Of a DNA stretch of 60,000 bases, positions 50,559 through 60,000 are shown piece after piece. Each line of letters begins with the position of its first letter. The stretch's first letter is position 1. The notes under the pieces are model-generated. The model was not told where the DNA came from. It worked only from the letters and a program-made list of their open reading frames with translations, and ran no database searches. Source of the DNA: Laetmonice hystrix (Eukaryota); contig OZ249436.1 in assembly GCA_965235115.1 (NCBI GenBank), forward strand, positions 11,720,001 through 11,780,000. Direction: 5' to 3'. A program made the position numbers and the translations under genes.

Positions 50559-52657
50559 AAACATTGCATCCTAGAATGTGACTTCTCCAGGAGCACTACA
50601 ATCGTGTAGATCACTATTGTCCATCCCTTGTTCATGCAATGCGAACAGAAGCATAATGGCAGATGCCAGTGCCAAGGTGGTGCTGCCTTAAGGGCATGAG
50701 CCAACATCAGATATTGATCATGATTAAGTTAACAAGACTGAAATATATACTGGCCCTTTCCTCATAATTGATAACACGCACATCTACAAGTGTAAATTTG
50801 GCTTTCTGAATAAGATACTTTAAGTTTCTTCACCGCACTCTAAGACTTGAACCTGTGGACGAGTCTGTACAGTCCCAGAGTGTGTGGCCTAGCTGCAGTA
50901 GACTTGTAATGATCAGTGAGTCGGTGAACTGCCAAGGGTATGAACAAGAAACGTTAACAAGGGTAAGGTAGACGGCCCAGGTAGCAGCATTCCAGGGAGG
51001 GGTCCCCATCGGGGTGGGGAAGGGGAAGTCGGGGTACAGCCCTAACAGATCGCGAGGAGCCAAGGAGACTCACTCCCGTCAGGACCACACATCTGCCACA
51101 CCCAGCCATGCAACTACTGCATCCCTTACTTGGGGGAAAAATAGAATCTTGCATTTTTTTGGTCCTTGTAGGAAAATATCCTGATATTAATATTAGTTCG
51201 ACATCATCCTAACATGGTCTGTGATAGAGGTAAAGAAATAACAGATGTTTGAAATGCACTGGGGCCAGTTTCCTTGGTTTTAAGCATAAGAATGAAATGC
51301 AGAAAGCAGAGGCGGAAGTGTATTAATTTAATATGTCTTGCAGTAGATGTTTTGGGTTTTTTTTGGGGGAGAAAGACCAAAAACAAAGAAAAGAAAGCTC
51401 GGAAGCTGTGGAAAACATGTATTTGCTTGTATTATATATTTTGAAGTATGTATCATATTTATCTTTGTCTGGTCAGACCTTATCAGAGTTAGTTGTTAGA
51501 TTATAGCAACTTGTCGCGTGTCTTATAAACCAACTTGTGATCTTTGAAATGTTGCATGCACTCTGTATTGCCTCTTGGCAACAACCCCTAGTAAAGAGAC
51601 AGTCAAACCAATACTGTATCATTGTGAACTACCTGAGTATCCATGTTTGCAGATAGAAAAAACCTTATGAACTCTGTCAAGGAGCATTTTGGAGTTTTAT
51701 TTTACTCAAAGCATTTCTAAAAGTTTCCCAAAGTAAAGTAATAAAAATCGGGAGTATACCTGGTAAAAGGTCACGGCATATTTTCTGTCACATACTTTTG
51801 AGCTTTCAGTAGTAGCTATCCGTAATTTGGCCTGCTGAGCTAGGCTTATATGGTCTATGGTCAAATGGCCAATGGTATATTTTTTTTAAAGTACACATCT
51901 GTTTTAAGGGAGGCACAATTTGGTCTAAACCAAAATTACAGCATTACTGTGTGCTTTCAGTCCAACGCTGCAAGGACATTTTTGTTGGACATAAAACGTG
52001 CCTATGTTAAGAGATGTTGCGGTACCAAAGCGGCAAGGCAATGCACCGCAGATGTTTCTCCGGCTCAGTTACCAGTCATCGTACCACGAGGAAAAGCGGT
52101 CAAGTGTAAAGATCAGAATCGACCAACAATTGCTGATGGTATTTTCCACGTGCCCTGAGCAGAACTTGACCATTGTAAATTGTTCTATTAAAGCTGGTGT
52201 ACATGACGGCTACGTGATGATAAATAAGAGGCTCTTTTACATGTACACATGTATTTCCATGATTCAAGATGTTCGCATTCTGTGGAAGGTTGCCCATTGT
52301 AACTGACTAGAATGTAACATGACGGCTGGAAACATAACGTTCCGCAGGATACCACTAAATACCACCCACCCCCCTCCTGCCATTCAATCACAGGCAATAA
52401 TGGTGTACACTCTGGACGCAATATTTCCCCATGTAGTTTGGATGTATATTTGTCATAACTTATATTGAAGAGACATACGATAGAACCAGAATTTCCTAAC
52501 ATATATAACAGAGTGGTAGTACTTGGGACAAATTTCGTATTTACTTCATTGCTTGTGGACTCCTGTTGGATGTACAGTTGTATGACATTTCAGATCTAAG
52601 CCAAACTACTTCAGTCACTTTCTAAGTAACAAGGCCAGCTTGCAACCTTGTATTTAA

Positions 52658-53001
52658 AGGTGCTATTCGTGGGAAAAAAAATAACTTTTTTATTTTTAAT
52701 TTTGTTGACGTTTATGTGATCCCACCTATCATGGAAATAGATTAACAACAAAGGAAATCAGATTTTTTAATGGATAACGGCACAATTGGGGCTCTATCAG
52801 AAGGCCTGTGGAGACCCTGACACGCCCCACCATAGGAAATGGCTCTATCTCGGTGCGCATCGAGATAGGTTTCAAATGCTGCACACAAACTAATAGAAGG
52901 TTTATCAGGCCAATGGTATCGGTAGGAATTATTTCTAGTATGTACTATGTGCACAATGTATGATAGGAGAAATGCCATTCTGAGCGAGACGAATAGCACC
53001 T
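52658..53001. mobile_element. Kolobok-like MITE
   Basis: TTAA|AGGTGCTATTCGT ... ACGAATAGCACCT|TTAA. Confidence 0.8.
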
Positions 53002-53500
53002 TTAAAATGGTAATACTGAAACAATTGACTGAAAGATTCTATATTTTTAGGAGGTGTGAAGATCTTCTTTGAGATGACATTTCCATATTCAGTGGAGTGA
53101 AATTGTACAGATAATTAACCTATTCATCATTTTTACCCAAGCTGAATAAGTTTGTGTTCTCACTGACCATAGTAAACTGCTATGCTGGTACTTGGTAACG
53201 CTATCGCAATAGAGAACTCTCCTTCTACCGAGCCATAGTATGATTGAGTGAATGGAGACAATCGTTACTAGTATTGAGGAGGCATGGATCCGTTTTGTAC
53301 ATACGTGTATATTACCTTGAATGGGACAGCGTCACGTTGGGCCTTTTCTGCTTCTGGCGTAACATTGGGCCATCACACTTTGTTGTGTACATGTACACCC
53401 ATTTTGTGTAAACTACCTGTACAACAGATTGGAATGTGTCTGTTTTGATTTGTTTCCACGTACCCTATCAACGAATACAGTAAATAGTCTGCAAACCCAT

Positions 53501-55087
53501 AGGGTCATTCCATACCAAGTCACCCAGGGCCTCCCAGTTCAAATCATAGATTTTGATGAAATTTTACTCATAAAAACTTGCATGGGGCCATGCAAAATTT
53601 TATTTCTGTACTCCAAAATAGTTTTCGAGATATGACTTTTTAAATTGTTCACCCCTTGGACCCTCTCCAGACCTAAGTTTCGCTTATTTTTGTGCCGATT
53701 TTGAGGACCTATAACAACAATTATAAGAGTGAGCATTCCCATATTTCAGTAACTTACTATCCTTGGTAGGTATATGCAAAATACATCACATACAGGTTCA
53801 TCCTGGGAATATTTTTTTTGTACGAGTGGTGCCAAAATGGCGTTTTGGCCAATTGTTACCTAAAATATTTAGCTGCGCAAAAGGGTTTTTTCCATTTGAA
53901 AAGGCATATTTTCTTTAATTATTTATAGATCTTCACAAAACTTTGAGGGAATGCTTACTGTCCATATTCCTATATAATCATAGTCCAAAATGGTTCATTA
54001 ATACTAAAAATTGCTAGTTCTTTGACCTTAAGCATAGTGGATATTTTTGAAAGTTTAAAGTGCTCTAGAAAAGTCAGTTTTCAATATTTTTATTTCAGAT
54101 TTGGCACATGGATAGTCTATGGGGAGTTCTTTTAGGAAAATATATTACAAGTTTCGGAGTTGGATTAGATTTTTAATGAAGTCCTATCAAGAACGCCCCA
54201 TAGACTATCCATGTGCCAAATTTGAAATAAAAATATTGAAAACTAACTTTTCTAGAGCACTTTAAACTTTCAGAAATATCCATCTCCTCTAAAAAGTCGG
54301 ATGTCACATAAATGACGTTGTTCGCCTTTCTATATCAGATATCCCATCCCCAAGTAGAAACAGATGACAGAGATGTTGCAAGCAAACACCAGGGTGCGGT
54401 ACTGAAGCGGCCCCCCTCCGACTGCACTGCCACCTTCCGGCAACCGATGTAATCACCACCTTATACCTGGCAGGCACCTATGGCTATGGCGCTTAGGGGT
54501 TAGTGGCTGTTTGCCGTAAAGGCTTAATTAAGGTCGAAGGAACTAGCAATTTTTAGCATAAATGAACCATTTTGGACTATGATTATATAGGAATATGGAC
54601 AGTAAGCATTCTCTGAATGTTTTGTGAAGATCTATAAAGAATTAAAGAAAATATGCCTTTTCAAATGGGAAAAACCCTGTTGCGCAGCTAAATATTTTAG
54701 GTAAAAATTGGTCAAAACGCCATTTTGGCACCACTCGTACAAGAAAAATATTCCCAGGATGAACCTGTTGTCTTGTATTTTGCATATACCTACCAAGGAC
54801 AGTAAGTTAATGAAATATGGGAATGCTCACTCTTAGTCTTATAATTGTGCTGTTATAGGTCCTCAAAATCAGCACAAAAATAACCGAAACTTAAGTCTGG
54901 AAAGGGTCAAAGGGATGAACCATTTAAAAACCCATATCTCGAAAACTATTTGGAGTACAGAAATAAAATTTTGCATGGCCCCATGAATTGAAGTTTTTAT
55001 GAGTATAGGGGCCTAAATTTCCACCAAAATCTATGATTTGAACTGGGAAAATTTCTTTTTCTGGGTGATTTGGTATGGAATGACCCC
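53501..55087. mobile_element. Long palindromic non-autonomous DNA transposon (~500 bp inverted arms)
   Basis: AT|(A/G)GGGTCATTCCATACCAA ... TTGGTATGGAATGACCCC|AT; arms ~53530-54035 vs ~54525-55050, plus an inner inverted pair 54040-54125 / 54196-54281. Confidence 0.85.
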
Positions 55088-55730
55088 ATAACATATCAGT
55101 CGAGCCGATAAAAATAGACATAAACTTTTCCACAGAACGTAGTAGCTACCATTTCAATCTGAAGTATTACAACTTGCAGTAAACAAAGGACACCATTCTC
55201 CATGTTCCCCCATGATAATTTCCTTAAATAGAGAATTTTTGGGCACGGATTGGGGTAAGGTCAGGGATAGGAGGATGTTTTGGGGAGGTAGGCCCCTATA
55301 GGTTGGGGGTTAGAGATTAGATCTGGGCTATAGATCAATACCGACCATTGAATAGTCTACAATTTTACAAACAATACTGTACTATATAGTATTATATAGA
55401 ACAGACTATAGTGAATACATCACAACATCAACAACAAGGATCAATGTAAATGATCAATTCATGAAGGTTCAGTAGCAGTGCATGGGATTTCTATATCTAA
55501 GATATTTAATATATCATTATCAATATCTAATGACCCTTATTTGTACCTTGATCCTGGGTTCCAAGGTATCACCTGGTTAAATCAAAGGTCTTTGGTTAAA
55601 GGCCCATTTACTCAGATCAGTCCACTCATGTCCATTTCATGAAAAGCACTGTTTACAACCGGTCACGTGGCAACACGTCGGCTTGCATTATGAAGTCAAA
55701 AGAGTGTCGTGAGACCTGAAACTACAAACA

Positions 55731-58700
55731 ATGGCGTCGCTGGTTCTCTGTAATCGAACAACTGGAAAGTGTTGTAGACTTAATATAGATGGCGTAAATA
55801 TATCGGGGAAGGTTTCAGACTTTAGAAGGTCTGTCTCAAAGGCAATTGATGTACCAAGCCACGAAATAGGTTTGTATTGTGATTATATTATCAGTGAAAT
55901 TCCGGAAAGTCCTCTGTTATCGCTCATGCCAGTCATGGTGAATCGGCAACTGAGCCGAGGCACCTTGTTGTAGTACATACTACAAGTCATGTAACATTAG
56001 GCCTATGTGAGGCTTGTCGGAGGGGTCGGGTGGCCCTAATCGGAATGACGAATGACATGGAATACCGAATGACCAAAAACGTTTGGCATAAGAACTGCTC
56101 CCTTGTCATTTGATTGACACTATTCAGAATGGCAAGAGAGCAGGCTTATGCAATTTCTTTTTTTCTCATGACATTCGTTATTCCATGTCAATTGTCATTC
56201 GTCATTCTCATTAGGCCAGGCCCATAGCCAGGGGCGGATCAGACTGGGCGGATCTAGGGTCTATTTTCAGGGGGGGTCCAGCATAAAAAGGGCAAATCGA
56301 GGGTCCAGACGTCGCCGACACCCCCCTGGATCCGCCACTGCAGAGCGTCCCGGCTTGTCCATTGGCAATGTCGTAGACTGAAGAATAACATTTCACAACC
56401 CCTGTGCGTTAAAACTTGTACGATGGTGTCAAAATAAAGATATCTCTTGCCCTGTAGTGAAGCTGTAAACTCAAATAAAATTAATCAATGACAATGATTC
56501 ATAATGTCACAAGAGCAATCGATTTATCTGGATATATATCGGTAGGCCTACACTAAATTGTAAAAAGCCTGGAGACACATAGGCATCAAGCGGCAAGTGT
56601 TGTACGTCGAGCTGTGTGGTCGGGCACACATCCACGTCATGAAAAATCTTTGAACAGCTCACTACCCTCCGATTGGCTCGTTGGACATTTCTGACATCTA
56701 AACGCCATGCAATGCCAATCTGTCCTTTCTCCTGGAGAAAGGACAGATGTGAAACCGGCAGAGATGTGAATGCTCGACGCTGAAAAGTTGACAAGTCAAA
56801 GAGGTTAATGAGTTTGAACAAATGTTTCAGAACTGCTGTACAGTGGGTACAGTCTGCAAGATGACAAAACACTGGAGTCCTATGGTGCAAAGTCAGGTGT
56901 GACAGTACATGCTCTGCGTAAACATGACACAGAAATGCAACATGACATTCCAGGTAAGACATGCATAGTGGAAGAGGAATCTAGTAAAAAGGAATTTTTG
57001 TAATTTAACAACAGGTTTAAATGTCGTTAATTTGTTGTAGAACTTTAAGATGCAAGTTAAGAAATGCTTTCTTTTCTCTCTTTCTTTTTAATAGAAAAAA
57101 TGGATACTGCTATTGTTCAACAAGTAGTGACTGCACTGCAAGCAGCCCTCATGAATCCTGCATATAGATCAACGGTAAGGTTGTGAAGTATAATGTTGAC
57201 AGCAGTAATATGTCAAACAGATTGCTTTATTCGAAAGCTTGAAATGCCTTGCCTTAGCTTAGTTCTCTTAGAACTGTTGTCTAAAATAATAATCCCATAG
57301 GTATCAGAAATGCTAAATGTAGGGAAAATATATCAGGGATGAAAGTTTTCAGGAAATTTCCTGAAAATCCCCCCCTCCCCCAAGAAATAACACCCAAAAA
57401 AGGAAATAGGCCTAGATCTATAGGCAAAAGAGGTAGGCCTAAGCCAAGGCTAAGTATTGCCCTGGACTGTGTGGTGGGCAATTAATATCAAATGAAACAA
57501 TATCCCCTTCCAGGACGTTTTTTAACACCATGCAGCTCAATATATCTCTACCTGCCAAAGTTCGTTTATAGATGGGGATATTAGAGTGTCTCAAACCCGT
57601 CCAGTGTCACGGGTGCCACCGTGCATAGGCCGGTCTGCCGGGGGTGCTGGTCCCTGTAGCTGTGGTGACATCGCTCACATAGACCGGCCCGCGTGGGCTG
57701 ACTTCTACCGGCACGCGGTGGCGTCTGTCCCGTCTGGCAGGCATGGCCCCGTGTTGCTATGGTGAGAGCGACTCACCTCAGGTAATGACTTCAGGCAAAA
57801 TTGATGGTCAGGCAGCTGCGAAGCCCGTTGATTCAGGCTTGCCATTATGCCATATCCATGCGCGAGTTTTGCCTGAGCGCTCACTTAGTGATAGCAACGA
57901 GACTATAGACAGACCGGTCTGTCTAGTCCCGGTGATAGTGATTAGGCTGACGAACTACGCACCATCACAATGTCACTCCTCACAGGAACAGGGTTGCAAG
58001 TTTTCCATTAAATAATGGAAATCCATAACTTTCAGAAAAAGCAAAAAAATCCACGTTTCTCCCCCAGAATTTATGCTTATTGCCCATTTTGTCCATTATT
58101 TATGTACATAATCCATATCATACTGTATTTCGTCTAAAACCTTTTCAATATTACATCTATACCCTCAATTTATTGATATAGTATGTAATACAGATGAAAT
58201 CGGCATGTTTTTATTATTGGATTCCATTTGTGGCCAATACTGCCCCTCTTCCTTCTTATTCTCCAAGCAGTGAAGACTTCCATTAAAAAGCTGGCATTGG
58301 GCTCACTACTTCCATTAGAAATCCATTAATGGAAGAAGTGAATACAGGAGCAATTCTGATTGGTTAATAATGTGTAAGCAACATCTGTAGAGCAATGAGG
58401 TGTTGTAAGTTTACTTAATTTAAAAAATACTAGTATGATCTAATTAAATACTTTTGTGGGTAAACTACGTTTCTTATTATATCTGGTGTAAAAATGATAA
58501 TTAATCACTGAGAATATCCCATTCTCTGCTGAGCACTCAAGGAAGCTGGCTCAGCGCCATGTTTGTTTACTACTGCTAAGGACCTGCACATGCTCTGCCT
58601 GTATCACAGACATTTACTGATTTCAAATATTTTCCATTAATTTCATGTAGACCAACTTGCAACCCTGCAGGAAACTGGGTCAATTTAGTTCTATGAATCT

Positions 58701-59882
58701 GCCTAGTATATATGTCAGTAAGTTCTCATAATGTGTTCTTGCATATAAATTTGAGGATAGTGGCATTACGTAAGTGGTTTTCACTGAAGTTTTGGGGTTG
58801 TCAGGACTTTTCATTACACTTGTCGATCAGTGCAGGTGTCCTGATAAGACCGGAAGTGACAATATTTACAACATGTGTGGCACATGGACACACGGGCTGA
58901 ACCACTCGACTCAGCGAAGCCTGTGTTGCTTGGCTGAGAGCCGCTGAGGGTCGTGACTGCTGAGGGTCAAGACTGATGGACAGCCTGTGTGGTCAGTCTA
59001 ACACATGGAAGCTGTTTGACAACGTAATCGGTTGCATTTTGGACGCTAAAAGCCGACTGGATTCCAATGTTGGAGAGAGACGGCAGAGCCAGGCAGAGGT
59101 TGACACTGACTGTGACTGAGTGACAGGCAAGCAACAGCCTTGAACAGGGGCATGGACTGATGAGTGATGGAGTCTATCCAGCCAATTTGCAGGGGTGGGG
59201 GGTTGAGGGGGGGTGGGGGGGGGGGGGGGTGGGGACTAAATACTGAGGGCTAGGCCCTATAATATATAATAGCTAGGACTTTATCGGATCATGATTGTCT
59301 GTTGTTCCTAGCCTGACTTTTTTTAAGGGGGGGGTAAGCCTTGGATGTGCGCATGAACAAATATTAATTATGGACATTGGCCCCCGCCGCTCCCCCCCCC
59401 CCCCCCCCCCGGTCAGAATTTCAGGAAATTTTACAGCTGGCCACTTTCATCCCTGATATATATACGTTAAATATCTATTAGTACTAGTGAAGTATTGTTA
59501 GAAGCTATTGAAGTTGTACTATAACACCCTTACTTGTTTTGGTCAAGGTGGAAAGAATGCTGACAGACCCTGTGACTCTGGAAAACATCATAGCTGCCAC
59601 ACCTGGACTCGACCGAGATCCAGTAGCTATTTGTATGTTGAGGACTTGTTTTCACATAATGTCTGTTCTTTTGGTATGCAAAAAAAGATGTTTTCTTAGT
59701 AAAAGTGTTATACATTGGTGGTAGTTCTGTACCTAGTTCAATAACACCTAATGTAGTTGTTATCCATATGGTAACACTACCCTTGAATAAATAAATAGTT
59801 CTGTGAGAAAATTTCTCATTCCAGCAATGCTTCAAGATCCTGAGCTATTGGCAATGCTGGCAGACCCTAACAATATAGAGAA
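55731..59882 (+). CDS. UBL7: Ubiquitin-like protein 7, 5' part (gene continues beyond window)
   Basis: Exons 55731-55869, 56831-56953 (ELLYSGYSLQDDKTLESYGAKSGVTVHALRK, UBL domain), 57095-57174, 59548-59632 (ENIIAATPGLDRDPVAI), 59825-59882 (MLQDPELLAMLADPN). Resembles the UBL7 segment IIVATPGLSSDPIALGVLQD; phases consistent. Confidence 0.88.
56229..56340. mobile_element. Small hAT-like MITE
   Basis: Termini CAGGGGCGGATC / GATCCGCCACTG. Confidence 0.55.
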
Positions 59883-60000
59883 GTATGTTTTTGAAGAATT
59901 CAGAAAAATATGATGAAAGTTAAGCTTTTTTCAATGCCCCAGAAAGCTCCCAATGGTTTTCAATGTGAGTGAACACACCGTACACTATGCGACGCCATGC

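Noticed and set aside
56507..56962. 151-aa minus-strand ORF
   Set aside because: Antisense to UBL7 exon 2, no recognisable domain.
2423..59410. Frequent long poly-G/poly-C tracts
   Set aside because: Scattered background feature of this genome; lengths are unreliable and no specific function is supported.

Overview
Eukaryotic (invertebrate, probably lophotrochozoan/mollusc-like; inferred from intron structure and repeat style) genomic DNA containing five spliced genes reconstructed by hand from splice sites and phases. On the minus strand: a FUT10/FUT11-type GT10 fucosyltransferase (6 exons, ~476 aa), TBCA (4 exons, 113 aa, GC-AG first intron) and AP-3 beta subunit AP3B (22 exons, ~1080 aa). 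On the plus strand: SCAMP, head-to-head with AP3B across a ~460 bp promoter, and the 5' part of UBL7. The most notable signal is an array of three homologous SCAMP exons (7a/7b/7c) encoding the second lumenal loop plus TM4, whose phases allow only one per message (mutually exclusive splicing), plus two in-frame candidate microexons. Other highlights: TBCA-AP3B-SCAMP order and orientation match human 5q14; minisatellites amplify a splice acceptor (x10) and a poly(A)-signal region (x17); there is a duplicated pseudoknot-like RNA motif; and there are many non-autonomous DNA transposons. Most ORFs in the supplied track are antisense, intronic or repeat-derived.
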